Notes: a model not told the origin generated them from the sequence alone. Shown: positions 39,751 to 50,100, counted from the stretch's first letter. The stretch is DNA of 64,000 nucleotides from an uncultured beta proteobacterium (GCA_963811085.1 CAWEPV010000010.1:35399-99398); one strand, 5' to 3'. Numbers and translations: made by a program.

Positions 39751-41415
39751 ATGGCCCCGCCCTCGAGCAAGACCCAGAACGCCCCCTCGGGGTCGAACTT
39801 CATCCGCCAGATTGTCGAGCACGATCTGGCGAACGGCAAGCACAAGAGCGTGCGCACGCGCTTTCCGCCCGAGCCCAACGGCTACCTGCACTTCGGCCAC
39901 GCGAAGTCGATCTGCCTCAACTTCGGCCTGGCGCGCGACTACGGCGGCGTGTGCCACCTGCGCTTCGACGACACCAACCCGGCCAAGGAGGAGCAGGAGT
40001 ACGTCGACTCGATCATCGACGCCGTGCGCTGGCTCGGCTTCGACTGGGGCGAGCACCAGTACTACGCCTCGGATTACTTCGACAAGCTGTACGGCTTCGC
40101 GCGCAACCTGATCGAACGCGGCCTGGCCTACGTCGACTCGCTCACCGCAGAGGAGATCCGCACCCACCGCGGCACGCTTACCGAGCATGGCAGAAACAGT
40201 CCGTACCGGAATCGCTCTTCTCAGGAGAGTCTCGATCTACTGGAAAGAATGCGCAAAGGCGAGTTTCCGGACGGCACGCATGTGCTGCGCGCCAAGATCG
40301 ACATGCAAAGCGGCAACATCAACCTGCGCGACCCGGTGATGTACCGCATTCGCCACGCCGGGCATCACCGCACCGGCGACACCTGGCGCGTCTACCCGAG
40401 CTACGACTGGGCGCACGGCGTCTCGGACGCGATCGAGCGCATCACGCATTCGATCTGCACGCTCGAGTTCGAGGACCACCGCCCGCTCTACGACTGGTTC
40501 AACGAGCGTCTGGCCGAGGCCGGCTTGCTCGAGCAGCCGCTGCCTCAGCAGATCGAGTTCGCGCGCCTCAATCTCACCTACGTCGTGCTCAGCAAGCGCA
40601 AGCTGATCCAGCTGGTGGACGAAGGCCATGTCGAAGGCTGGGACGACCCGCGCATGCCGACCCTGGTCGGCGCACGGCGGCGAGGCTACACGCCGGAGGG
40701 CTTCCGCCGCTTCGCCGATCGGATCGGCGTCGCCAAGGCGGATTCGTGGATCGACTTCTCGATCCTCGAGGACTGCATGCGCGAGCACCTGAACGAAGTC
40801 GCTCCGCGCCGCATCGCGGTGCTCGACCCGCTCAGGCTGGTGATCGAGAACTACCCCGAAGGCAAGGAAGAGCTGTGCGAGGGGCCGAATCATCCGCAGA
40901 AGGCCGACTGGGGCAAGCGCCCGCTGCCGTTCTCGCGCGAGCTGTGGATCGAGCGCGAGGATTTCGCCGAAACGCCGCCCAAGGGCTACTTCCGCCTCTA
41001 TCCCGGCAACAAGGTGCGCCTGCGCTACGCCTACGTCGTAGAGTGCATCGGCTACGACAAGGCCTCCGACACCGTGCGCTGCCGGGTGTTCGAGGACTCG
41101 CGCTCGGGCACGCCCGGCGCCGACGCCTATAAAGTGAAGGGCAACATCCACTGGCTGAGCGCGCAGCACGCGCATACGGCCGAGGTCCGCCTGTACGACC
41201 GGCTGTTCGCGACGCCCCAGCCCGAAGGCGTCGGCGACCTCAACCGTGAATCGAGCAAGGTCGTCACCGCCCAACTCGAGCCCGCCCTGCGCGAGGCCAA
41301 GCCGGAGGAGCGCTTCCAATTCGAGCGCCACGGCTATTTCGTCGCCGACCGCGCCGACGCGTCGGCCTTCAACCGCACGGTGACGCTGAGGGACTCGTGG
41401 ACCAGCGGGAAGTAA
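39751..41415 (+). CDS. glnS: Glutamine--tRNA ligase
   Basis: TRFPPEPNGYLHFGHAKSICLNF, THSICTLEFEDHRPLY, GWDDPRMPT, FQFER.GYF. Confidence 0.96.
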   Translation: MAPPSSKTQNAPSGSNFIRQIVEHDLANGKHKSVRTRFPPEPNGYLHFGHAKSICLNFGLARDYGGVCHLRFDDTNPAKEEQEYVDSIIDAVRWLGFDWGEHQYYASDYFDKLYGFARNLIERGLAYVDSLTAEEIRTHRGTLTEHGRNSPYRNRSSQESLDLLERMRKGEFPDGTHVLRAKIDMQSGNINLRDPVMYRIRHAGHHRTGDTWRVYPSYDWAHGVSDAIERITHSICTLEFEDHRPLYDWFNERLAEAGLLEQPLPQQIEFARLNLTYVVLSKRKLIQLVDEGHVEGWDDPRMPTLVGARRRGYTPEGFRRFADRIGVAKADSWIDFSILEDCMREHLNEVAPRRIAVLDPLRLVIENYPEGKEELCEGPNHPQKADWGKRPLPFSRELWIEREDFAETPPKGYFRLYPGNKVRLRYAYVVECIGYDKASDTVRCRVFEDSRSGTPGADAYKVKGNIHWLSAQHAHTAEVRLYDRLFATPQPEGVGDLNRESSKVVTAQLEPALREAKPEERFQFERHGYFVADRADASAFNRTVTLRDSWTSGK

Positions 41416-41609
41416 CTCCGCCGCGCAAGGCAAGCCCGCTGCAGGTCGCGGCGACGATGTTCTGGGCGCTGTTCGCCATCGGGCGCAAGGACACCTGGCA
41501 CAAGGACGGCGCGACGATCACTCTGTTCCAGGCGGTGGTCGGTGCGTTCGTCGGCATGATCGTCATCGTCGCGCTTCTGATCGTTCTCGTCATGCTCGCC
41601 ACGCGATGA
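41397..41609 (+). CDS. DUF2970-like small membrane protein
   Basis: ASPLQVAATMFWALFAIG...D and C-terminal TM helix. Confidence 0.7.
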   Translation: MDQREVTPPRKASPLQVAATMFWALFAIGRKDTWHKDGATITLFQAVVGAFVGMIVIVALLIVLVMLATR

Positions 41610-41953
41610 GCTCCGCCCGGCGGAGCCGCCTGTACCTGAGCAGCATGCTGGTCCTGCTGCTCGGGCTTTGCGCGGCCGCCGCGATCTACCTGACGGCGAG
41701 GGACGATGCGCACGGCGCGGTCGGCTACGAGGTGATCAACGGCGTCGCCTACCCGGTCGCGCCTGCGGACTCCAAGGCCTACCAGCGCGAGCTCGAGCGC
41801 TTCGGGGGCAAGGCGAACGTGCTCGCGGCGGAAATCACGCACTGGTTCGCCGACCTGTGGCAGGGTCGAAGGCTCGCGTACAGCGTGGCCTTCCTCAGCC
41901 TGCTCGCCTCGCTCGCGCTGTACCTTTACGCCAAATACCTGGAGGAAGAATGA
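41606..41953 (+). CDS. Hypothetical membrane protein
   Basis: ATGA overlaps at both ends; two TM segments flanking SKAYQRELERFGGKAN. Confidence 0.75.
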   Translation: MSSARRSRLYLSSMLVLLLGLCAAAAIYLTARDDAHGAVGYEVINGVAYPVAPADSKAYQRELERFGGKANVLAAEITHWFADLWQGRRLAYSVAFLSLLASLALYLYAKYLEEE

Positions 41954-42930
41954 TCCGCACGCTGCTCGCCGCCGCGCTCGCTTGCTGCGTCTCGCTCGCG
42001 GCGCACGCCTTCGACCTAGAGGGCCACCGCGGCGCGCGCGGACTGGCGCCGGAGAACACGCTGCCCGCGTTCGCGCGGGCGCTGTCGATCGGGGTGACCA
42101 CGCTCGAGCTCGACGTCGGGGTGACGCGCGACGGCGTGGTGGTGATCTCGCACGAGCGCGGCCTGACGCCGAACACCGCGCGCGGGCCGGACGGCAAGTG
42201 GCTGCAGGCGCCCGGGCCGATGATCCACGACCTGACCTACGCCGAGCTCGAGCGCTACGACGTCGGGCGGCTCAACCCGACGACGAGCTACGCGCGCAAA
42301 TTTCCGCACCAAGTGCCGGCAGACGGAGCGCGCATCCCGCGCCTGGCGGACTTGTTCGCCTTGGTGAACAAGGCGCGCAACGACGTGGTGCGCTTCAATA
42401 TCGAGACCAAGATATCGCCCGAGGCGCCGGACGAAACGCTGCCGCCGGAGCCGTTCGCGCGCGCGCTGCTTGCCGCCATCCGCGCAGGGGGGATGGAAAA
42501 GCGCTCGATGATCCAGTCGTTCGACTGGCGCACGCTCAAGGTGGTGCAGGCCGAGGCGCCGGATATCCCCACCGTTTACCTCAGCGCGCAGCGGCACTGG
42601 CTCGACAACATCCGCGCCGGCGATCCCGCCGGCTCACCCTGGACCGCGGGCTTGCGCTTCGCCGACTACGGCTCGGTGCCGAAGATGGTGAAGGCCGCCG
42701 GCGGCGCGATCTGGTCGCCCTACTTCGGCGACCTCGACGCGGCCAAGCTCGCCGAGGCGCATGCGCTGGGCCTCGAGGTGGTTGCGTGGACCGCGAGCAC
42801 GCGCGCGCAGATCGACGCCATCCTGGCGCTGAAAGTGGACGGACTGATAACCGACCGCCCGGATTGGGCGCGCGATGCGCTGCAGCATGCCGGAATCGCG
42901 CTGCCCACCCCCACGCCGGTCGCCCCCTGA
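41950..42930 (+). CDS. Glycerophosphodiester phosphodiesterase, exported
   Basis: Signal peptide; GHRGARGLAPENT, ELD, NIETK, QSFD, GLITD.P. Confidence 0.92.
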   Translation: MIRTLLAAALACCVSLAAHAFDLEGHRGARGLAPENTLPAFARALSIGVTTLELDVGVTRDGVVVISHERGLTPNTARGPDGKWLQAPGPMIHDLTYAELERYDVGRLNPTTSYARKFPHQVPADGARIPRLADLFALVNKARNDVVRFNIETKISPEAPDETLPPEPFARALLAAIRAGGMEKRSMIQSFDWRTLKVVQAEAPDIPTVYLSAQRHWLDNIRAGDPAGSPWTAGLRFADYGSVPKMVKAAGGAIWSPYFGDLDAAKLAEAHALGLEVVAWTASTRAQIDAILALKVDGLITDRPDWARDALQHAGIALPTPTPVAP

Positions 42931-42957
42931 TCGCGAACGGGTGTAAGGTTGGCGCAC

Positions 42958-43242
42958 ATGAGCAAGCGCAGCATTGACGTCGACGCCGCCAGGAAGCTGG
43001 TGGACGAAATCTCCGACAATCTCAGCCGGCTGCCGGCCGGCACCAGCCACGCCGCGCTGCGCGCGGAGGTGAACGAGCTGAAGGATATGCTCGGCACGGG
43101 CGGCGCCGAACCACCCGAGCTGGAAGTGAAAATGAAGTCGGTGCACGGCATGTTCGAACGCGCCAGCACCGAGCTGCAGGCCGACGGCGTGCGCGCCGGG
43201 ATGTTCCTCAGCGCCATAGGGCGAATGATCGGGCTCGACTGA
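42958..43242 (+). CDS. Small helical hypothetical protein
   Basis: Host-like codon usage; 94 aa; fills gap in a co-oriented run. Confidence 0.7.
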   Translation: MSKRSIDVDAARKLVDEISDNLSRLPAGTSHAALRAEVNELKDMLGTGGAEPPELEVKMKSVHGMFERASTELQADGVRAGMFLSAIGRMIGLD

Positions 43243-43244
43243 GC

Positions 43245-44663
43245 GTGGCCGCCGACCTGATCCGCCTCACGGCGACCGAGGTGGTCGCGCTGCTGCGCCG
43301 GCGCGAAGTCTCGCCGCTGGAACTGATCGACGCGCTCGGCGCGCGAATGGAGGAAGTCGAGCCCAGGGTAAACGCGCTTCCCGTGCGCTTCCTCGACCGG
43401 GCGCGCGAAACGGCACGCGCGTTCATGGCGCGCATCCCGCCGGCCGATCCGCCCGCGGGATGGCTCGCCGGACTTCCGGTCGCGGCCAAAGAGTTCAACG
43501 ACGTCGCCGGGCAGCCCACGACCTTCGGCTCGCCGATCTTCGCCGACGCGGTAGCGAAGGAGAACGACTACACCGTTGCCACGCTCGAAGCGAGCGGCGC
43601 GATCTTCGTGGCGAAGTCGAACGTGCCCGAGTTCGCCGGCTCGAATACCTTCAATCCGGTGTACGGCAAGACGCGCAACCCCTGGAACCTCGCGATGACG
43701 GCGGGCGGGTCCTCGGGCGGCGCGGCCGCGTCGCTCGCCTCCGGCACGCAGTGGCTGGCGATGGGCAGCGACCTCGGCGGCAGCCTGCGCATCCCCGCGA
43801 GCTACTGCGGCATCGTCGGGCTGCGGCCCTCGATCGGGCGCGTGCCGCGCGGCGCGGGGCTGCTTCCCTTCGATCCGCTCTGGGTCGAAGGGCCGATGGC
43901 GCGCAACGTGGCTGACCTCGCGCTGATGCTCGACGCGCAGAGCATTCCGCACCCGCGCGACCCGCTCTCGCTTGCGGCGCCGGCCGTGCCATTCACGCGC
44001 GCCCTGCGCGAGCCGAAGCCGCCGCGGCGCGTCGGCTTCACGCCCGACCTCGGCCTGTCCAGCGTCGACCCCGAGGTGGCCGACATCTGCCGCCGGGCGG
44101 CCGCGCGCTTCGCCACGCTCGGCGCGGCGGTCGAGGACGCGACGCCCGACTTCTCCGGATCGATCGAGGCCTTCCAGACCCTGCGCGCGGCGCTGTTCGG
44201 CACCCTGCGCGGCGAGCTGCTGCCGAAGGAGCGCGCGCGGATCAACCCGGCGATCGTGTGGAACATCGAAAAAGGCCTCGCCCTGAGCGCTGACGAGCTG
44301 CTGCGCGCTGAGCGCGAGCGCGCGAAGCTCTATCACCGCGTCGCCGCCTTCTTCGGCGAGTACGACCTGCTCGCCTGCCCGACGGTCGCTGTGCCGCCCT
44401 ACCCGGTCGAGCAGGCCTACCCGACCGAGATCGGCGGCAGGAAGCTCACCACTTATATCGACTGGATGTTCCTCACCTTCGTGATCACGCTCACCGGCTG
44501 TCCCGCGCTCTCGCTGCCCTGCGGGTTCACCAAGAGCGGCCTGCCGGTGGGGCTGCAGCTCGTCGGCCGCACGCGCGGCGACGCGGAGGTGCTGTGCGCC
44601 GCGCATCTGCTCGAGCGCGAGCTCGCCATCGCGCCGCAGTTGCCGGTCGATCCGCGCCCCTAG
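43245..44663 (+). CDS. Amidase signature family protein
   Basis: GGSSGG, GSDLGGSLRIPA, GLPVGLQLVG. Confidence 0.92.
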   Translation: MAADLIRLTATEVVALLRRREVSPLELIDALGARMEEVEPRVNALPVRFLDRARETARAFMARIPPADPPAGWLAGLPVAAKEFNDVAGQPTTFGSPIFADAVAKENDYTVATLEASGAIFVAKSNVPEFAGSNTFNPVYGKTRNPWNLAMTAGGSSGGAAASLASGTQWLAMGSDLGGSLRIPASYCGIVGLRPSIGRVPRGAGLLPFDPLWVEGPMARNVADLALMLDAQSIPHPRDPLSLAAPAVPFTRALREPKPPRRVGFTPDLGLSSVDPEVADICRRAAARFATLGAAVEDATPDFSGSIEAFQTLRAALFGTLRGELLPKERARINPAIVWNIEKGLALSADELLRAERERAKLYHRVAAFFGEYDLLACPTVAVPPYPVEQAYPTEIGGRKLTTYIDWMFLTFVITLTGCPALSLPCGFTKSGLPVGLQLVGRTRGDAEVLCAAHLLERELAIAPQLPVDPRP

Positions 44664-44670
44664 CGCGCGC

Positions 44671-45786
44671 TCACGCGAAGCTCAGGTCCGGCTCGAGCCC
44701 GAGCAGATAGCGCCCCACGGTTTCGAAGTGCGCGCGGCGGCCCTGCAGCTGCTGCGCGACCGCGTGCAGGTCGCGAAAGCGCCGCTCGAAGGGGTTGCGC
44801 TCGAACACCGCGCTGGCGCCGGCGGCGTGGTAGGCCGCGTCGCCCGCGGCGACCGCTTCCTGCATCGCGTGGCTCGCCGCGAGCCGGATCGCCATGCGCT
44901 GATCGAGCGTGAGCCGGTTCGCCTGCTCCACCTCGCGCCACACCTCGGCCAGCGTGCCAAACAGGTACGCGCGCGCCGCGCGCAGGCGCGCCTCGGTCTG
45001 CGCGAGATCGAGCTGGAACAGCGCGCTCTCGCGCAGCCTGGTCTTGTAGCCGCGCGGCGTCTTCTCCAGCGCGAGGGCCGCGAGCGCGTCGACCAGCCCG
45101 CGCGCGAGACCGATCGCGACGCCCGCGAATCCGGCGGCGTACATCGACCCGGTGGGCAGGCAATAGAGCGGCCCCTGGCAGCGGCGCTCGGACTGGTCGT
45201 CGCGCGAGACGCTGAACGCCGCCGGCACGAACAGGTCCTTCACCTCATAAGCGTCGCTTGCCGTGCCGCGCAGTCCGATCACATGCCAGATGTCGCTCAT
45301 TTGCGCCTGGTCGGCGCGAAAGAGCATGGTGCGCCCGATTGCTGCGCCCTCGATCGCGCAGTAGCCGCCGAGCCAGTTGGCGTGCCGGCCGCCGCTTGCG
45401 AAGGCGAACGAGCCCGAGATGCGCCAGCCGCGCTCCACCGGCACCGCGCGCGCGTTCGGTCCCGGTCCCCAGGCCAGCACCGCGCGCGGATCGCGGCCGT
45501 AGATTTCCCCGGCGACCTCGGGCGCGACGAAGGCTGCGACCATCGAGCAGACCGAGTTCTGGCACAGGCACCAGGCGGTGCTGGCGTCGTGGCGCGCGAT
45601 CTCGGACATCGTTTCGACGAAGCCGACGGGATCCTTCTCGCCGCCGCCGTAGGCCTTGGGCAGCAGCATGCGGAACCAGCCGCCCTCGTGCAGCGCCTCG
45701 AGCAGTTCGGGCGGCAGGCGCCGCTCCTTTTCGATGCGCTCGGCCGAGCGCGCAACCAGTTCGGTGAGCGAGCCGAGCCCGCTCAC
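44671..45786 (-). CDS. Acyl-CoA dehydrogenase-fold flavin-dependent monooxygenase (HsaA/C2-like)
   Basis: LLPKAYGG, FASG, WHVIGLRGTAS, ERRFRDLH. Confidence 0.85.
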   Translation of the reverse strand: MSGLGSLTELVARSAERIEKERRLPPELLEALHEGGWFRMLLPKAYGGGEKDPVGFVETMSEIARHDASTAWCLCQNSVCSMVAAFVAPEVAGEIYGRDPRAVLAWGPGPNARAVPVERGWRISGSFAFASGGRHANWLGGYCAIEGAAIGRTMLFRADQAQMSDIWHVIGLRGTASDAYEVKDLFVPAAFSVSRDDQSERRCQGPLYCLPTGSMYAAGFAGVAIGLARGLVDALAALALEKTPRGYKTRLRESALFQLDLAQTEARLRAARAYLFGTLAEVWREVEQANRLTLDQRMAIRLAASHAMQEAVAAGDAAYHAAGASAVFERNPFERRFRDLHAVAQQLQGRRAHFETVGRYLLGLEPDLSFA

Positions 45787-46655
45787 GAGCGCTCCGCGCG
45801 CGGCTGTGCCGGCTGCACCGCGTCGTAGCCGGGCGCGTAACGCACGTTGCTCTGCTCAGGGTCGCGGTTCACCAGCGGGCGGGCGTACAGCGGGTGGCGC
45901 ATGCTGCGCACCTCGTGCTCGAGCGTGAAGAGCTTGCGGCCGCTCGCGGGATCGACCAGGTCCCTGAAGCGGTACTGGTGCTGGTCGCTTTCCTCACTGA
46001 CCAGGCCGCGCTCGAGCAGCCGGCGGTAGGGTCCGGAGAAGTCGGCCAGGTACACCTGGATATGATGCCCGTCGTAGGCCAGCGGCTCGCGCTCGCTCTC
46101 CCGGTACAGGAGCACCTGGTCCGGCCCGACATCCACCCGCGCCGCGCCGTCCTCGAGCCGTGCCGGAGCGTCCATGATCTCGCGGTAGAAGCGCACGATC
46201 CCCTCGGCGGCTCCGGGCGGCACGTCGAGCTCGACGTAGGGCATTCCGAGCCGGATCCGGCCGAATCGCGGCTGTGGTTCGTGCACGCGGATCACGTTGC
46301 CCCACGGGCTCAGCGCCTCGACGAAGCCTTCGTGCTCGGCGAACGCGAAACGGGTGCCGTCGAGGACCTTCTTCGCGCGCGCCAGGCGCGCCAGCAGCGC
46401 CTCGCGGCCGGGGATCACGACGCCTACCCGCCCGCGCAGCACCTCCGGCTTCGAGGTCGGCAGGTGGAACTGGCAGCGCCCGACGTTGACCCACATGTTG
46501 TCGGTGCCGGTCATCAGGTAGGGGTCGCGCGTGAGGCCGAGCGCGCTGACGTAGAACGCGGTGGCCAGCTGCTGGTCCGGGATCCGGGTGTTGACGTGCT
46601 CCAGCGCAATCACGTTGCCCAGGTCTTCGGCGCTGCGGTCGTAGCTGTTTCGCAT
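45783..46655 (-). CDS. VOC/glyoxalase-like hypothetical protein
   Basis: LEHVN...FY..ALGL, QFHLP, HHIQVY, LEHEVRS; GTGA-coupled to the monooxygenase. Confidence 0.65.
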   Translation of the reverse strand: MRNSYDRSAEDLGNVIALEHVNTRIPDQQLATAFYVSALGLTRDPYLMTGTDNMWVNVGRCQFHLPTSKPEVLRGRVGVVIPGREALLARLARAKKVLDGTRFAFAEHEGFVEALSPWGNVIRVHEPQPRFGRIRLGMPYVELDVPPGAAEGIVRFYREIMDAPARLEDGAARVDVGPDQVLLYRESEREPLAYDGHHIQVYLADFSGPYRRLLERGLVSEESDQHQYRFRDLVDPASGRKLFTLEHEVRSMRHPLYARPLVNRDPEQSNVRYAPGYDAVQPAQPRAERS

Positions 46656-46702
46656 GGCGCGCAGATTGCCGCATGCCATGGCGCTTGGCAATCGGGCGGA
46701 AC

Positions 46703-47851
46703 CTATTTCACCGGCTGGCTGGAGTAGTAGTCGGACAGGCTCTCGATGACGGCGTCGCCGTAGGGCATGCTCATCGTATGCATCATCGAGCTCTTGCGGC
46801 GGTCGTCACGGTAAGCCCGCAGTGCCATGATGAGGTAGTCGCGGTCCTGACCGTTGATCTTCGGGAACGCCACGTTGGTATTTTCTGCCACCTCAGGACC
46901 ATGACAGCGGTTGCATTTTTCAGTCAGGTCCTGAACCAGAGTCTGCCCATTCTCGGCGGGTCCCGATTTCTGGATGGAATAGAACGCAGCGATATCCCCA
47001 ATCTGCTTTTCGCTCAACTCGCTGACGTAGAGACGCATGTTCGCGCGCTTGCGGGTGGTGCGGTAGGCCTTGATCGCGTCGACCAGATATCGGGGGTCCT
47101 GGGCGGCGAGCCGCGGCGTTGCCGAGTCGCCGCTCACCCCGGACGGGCCGTGACAGCCGCCGCACACCGCGCTCAAGGGCTCGCCCGCCTTCGGATCCCC
47201 GAACGGCGGCGTGCCGCGTTCGGCGGGAGCCTGCGACGCGAAGTACAGCGCCACGCTTTCCATCTGTACCCTGTTGAGACTGCGCAGCATCGGGTGCATC
47301 GGCGAGCGTGCGCGCTCGGCGTTGAGGTATTCCTGCATTGCGGCCACGAGGTAGCGCGGCTGCTGGCCGGCGAGCGTCGGGATGCCGGGAGTCGTGCTGT
47401 TGCCGTCGGCGCCGTGGCACTTGGCGCACTCGGCCGTCAATGTCTTGCCCTCTTCATAGGGCGAGAAGATGTGGGCCGGCCTGTCCGCGGTCCGGGCGAC
47501 GGGAGGCATGCTGGCGTAGTACGCGAGAACGTTGTGCTCCTGCTTCTCGGTCAGGCCCTCGGCGATCTTGGTCAGGACGACGTGAATGCGCTTGCCCTGC
47601 CGGTAGTCCTCCATCGCCGCGACGAGGTAGCGATAGGGTTGCGCCGCCAGGGTCGGGATTCCGGGCGCGATGCCCTTGCCGTCCATCCCGTGGCAACGCT
47701 TGCATTCGCTCTCGGCCACCACCTTGCCCGCGCCGAGGTCTGCGGCGGCCGGTACTCCTCCCGCCGCCTTGGATGCCGTCTCCTCCTTGTTCGAGCAGCC
47801 GATCAGAGCCACGCAAAGGACGAGACCCAGCAGAACGCGCGTGTCCATCAC
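46703..47851 (-). CDS. Tetraheme cytochrome c (four c4/c553-type domains), putative lipoprotein
   Basis: CKRCH, CAKCH, CGGCH, CNRCH, each followed by P.LA.Q...YL-type motif; lipobox-like LIGC. Confidence 0.9.
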   Translation of the reverse strand: MMDTRVLLGLVLCVALIGCSNKEETASKAAGGVPAAADLGAGKVVAESECKRCHGMDGKGIAPGIPTLAAQPYRYLVAAMEDYRQGKRIHVVLTKIAEGLTEKQEHNVLAYYASMPPVARTADRPAHIFSPYEEGKTLTAECAKCHGADGNSTTPGIPTLAGQQPRYLVAAMQEYLNAERARSPMHPMLRSLNRVQMESVALYFASQAPAERGTPPFGDPKAGEPLSAVCGGCHGPSGVSGDSATPRLAAQDPRYLVDAIKAYRTTRKRANMRLYVSELSEKQIGDIAAFYSIQKSGPAENGQTLVQDLTEKCNRCHGPEVAENTNVAFPKINGQDRDYLIMALRAYRDDRRKSSMMHTMSMPYGDAVIESLSDYYSSQPVK

Positions 47852-47898
47852 AGACCTCCCGAGATGCCAGATTGCATTTTACTCCGTCGCACGGCTGA

Positions 47899-49884
47899 TC
47901 ACGCGAGCCCCACGCTTCCCGTATAGCCGATGATCACCAGGATCAACAGGATCAGGCCGATGCTGATGAGCGTGAAGCCGAGGATCTTGGAGCCGATCGT
48001 CATCGGGCGCGACGGAACGTCGACCAAGCGCTTCTCCAACTCCCCGGACTCGAGCAGGCGCTTGTATTCGGCTGCGTGCTCGCGCTTGAATTCCTCCAGC
48101 GACACGGCACCGGTGAACATCACGATGTCGAGCGGGAACTTGTCGGGACGGAAGTGGTTGTTGAAGAAGTGCACCGTGAACAGGAACACAGCCGCGAGGA
48201 TCGCCTCCTCCCCGTGAACCAGGGTCGCGATGTTGAACACCCAGCCCGGAAGCACCGATGCAACCTGTACCGGGAACCACAGCGTCAGCCCGCTGCCGCC
48301 GATGATCGCAAAGCCCCAGAAGACCGCCCAGTAGTCGAATTTCTCCCAGTAGGTCCAGCGGTCGAAGGCCGGCCGCGGCCCCTTGCCGAAGAACCAAGTG
48401 AACATGAGGACCATGTCCGCGAGGTCCTGCCAGCGCGGCACGAGCGAATTGGGCCCGAACCACTGGAACTCCTTGCCCTTGCGGGCGATGTGCAGCAGGA
48501 AGTAGACCAAGTGCACCGCGAATATCGTCAGGAAGATCGACGCGAACGAACGGTGCATGATCGCCGCGACCTTGGGGCTGCCGAGCCAGTGCATGACGAC
48601 CGGCGCCCACGGGCTGCTGCCGTAGAGCACCGACATCCCGGTCAGCACCAGGCCCATGACCGACATCGCGAGCATCAGGTGCGCGAGGCGCCAGACCGGG
48701 CCGAAACGCTGGATGTACTTGCCCTCGTCCGCCGCGGCTTCGGCGGTCTTGACGTACGGCCGGCTTTTGCGCTCCTTGCGGTCCTTGTACTCGCGGTAGA
48801 ACCACAGCGCCATGTGCGTCCAGAAGAACGCGAACACGCCGAACAGCAGGGCGGCCATAAAGTGCCCCGCGAACCAGAGATACGGATAACGCTTGTAGTC
48901 GTGGGCGTTGCCGTGCGGCTCGAAGGTGGCGAAGCCCGCCGACGCGTCCTTGTGGCACTGCTGGCAGGTCTTCACCCGGTTCGTCGGGTACACGGTCGAA
49001 TGCGGATCGTTGACCCGCTTGATGCCGTGGCTGCCGTGGCAGTCGAAGCATTTGGCCGTGTAGCCATAGCCCAGCGCGGTGATCTGCCCGTGGTAGGTCG
49101 CGAGGTAGGTCTTCAGGTTCTCCACGTGGCACTTGCCGCAGTTCTTGGTGATCATGACCCTGACTGACGCGCTCTTCGGCGATTCGATGTCGTGCATGGT
49201 GTGGCAATCCACGCACACCGGCGCCGACTGAATGCCATACTTCAGCACCAGCTCGCCGTGGATGGACGTGCCGTACAGGGCGCGCTCCTCGGTGTGGCAC
49301 TTGCCGCAGATATTGGGGACCGTGAGCCGCCACTTTTGCCACTCCGGGCTGCCCTTGGGAAAGACCGCGTGCGCGTCGTGGCAGTTGTAGCAGGTCGCGT
49401 TGGTGCGCGACTGGTCCGCACGGCTCGGCCGGGCGTGGATCGACTTCATGTAGCCCTTGATCTGCGCGACCACGACCCCAAGCCGCGCGAACTCCTTGGT
49501 CTTGCCTTCGCGCTGCGCCTTGGCCCAGAGGTCCTCGTGGCACTCCACGCAGCTGACCTTGCGCTGCACGCCCGGCCGGTGCGGGATCTCCTTGATGTCC
49601 TTGTGGCACTCCACGCACAGCCGCTTGCCGTGCACACTCTTGCCGAAGCGCTCGGGGTTGACGAACAGCGAGCGCATCTTCCCGTCCGGGCCGGGCATCT
49701 GGAACCCTTCGCTACCGTGGCAGCCAAGACAGATGTCGTTGGTGGGTCGCTCATCGGCCTGATCCGACGCCTGGGCCTCAGCTGCCGCGGCGGGAGCGAC
49801 CCCCGGCAGCGGCAGGCCCGGCACGCCGGCCAGGCAGGCCGCGCCCGCAAGTGCCCAAGCCGCTATCTCTTGCCTTATTTGCAT
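47899..49884 (-). CDS. Nonaheme cytochrome c fused to FdnI/HydC-type cytochrome b (CbcL-like)
   Basis: Nine CxxCH motifs; membrane domain with RLAH, MHR, WEKFDYWAVFWG, VHGEEA, VHFFNNH. Confidence 0.88.
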   Translation of the reverse strand: MQIRQEIAAWALAGAACLAGVPGLPLPGVAPAAAAEAQASDQADERPTNDICLGCHGSEGFQMPGPDGKMRSLFVNPERFGKSVHGKRLCVECHKDIKEIPHRPGVQRKVSCVECHEDLWAKAQREGKTKEFARLGVVVAQIKGYMKSIHARPSRADQSRTNATCYNCHDAHAVFPKGSPEWQKWRLTVPNICGKCHTEERALYGTSIHGELVLKYGIQSAPVCVDCHTMHDIESPKSASVRVMITKNCGKCHVENLKTYLATYHGQITALGYGYTAKCFDCHGSHGIKRVNDPHSTVYPTNRVKTCQQCHKDASAGFATFEPHGNAHDYKRYPYLWFAGHFMAALLFGVFAFFWTHMALWFYREYKDRKERKSRPYVKTAEAAADEGKYIQRFGPVWRLAHLMLAMSVMGLVLTGMSVLYGSSPWAPVVMHWLGSPKVAAIMHRSFASIFLTIFAVHLVYFLLHIARKGKEFQWFGPNSLVPRWQDLADMVLMFTWFFGKGPRPAFDRWTYWEKFDYWAVFWGFAIIGGSGLTLWFPVQVASVLPGWVFNIATLVHGEEAILAAVFLFTVHFFNNHFRPDKFPLDIVMFTGAVSLEEFKREHAAEYKRLLESGELEKRLVDVPSRPMTIGSKILGFTLISIGLILLILVIIGYTGSVGLA

Positions 49885-49958
49885 TTCCGTTCCCTGAGCT
49901 CCGGCAGTCGTTCTTTTGGCGGATCGCATCCGCGCCTAAGACTTTGTCAACATTGGAG

Positions 49959-50000
49959 GTTATAAAGACAAGCCTCCCTCGCCGATTTGACCTAGATCAG
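49959..50000 (-). promoter_or_regulatory. FNR-type class II promoter for the CbcL-like gene
   Basis: TTGAC-CTAG-ATCAG at 49987..50000 and minus-strand TATAAC at 49964..49959 give a box centre of about -41.5. Confidence 0.6.
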
Positions 50001-50100
50001 GGCGCTGTAAGATATGCTGTGTCAAATTTGCAAATGCAGGCTACTTTGTAACCCGGCGGCGCGCCGGCGAAGGCGCCTCGCACAACGTGGAGGTTGCGCA

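Noticed and set aside
39880-39900. HFGH instead of HIGH in GlnRS
   Set aside because: Conservative variant; all other motifs are intact
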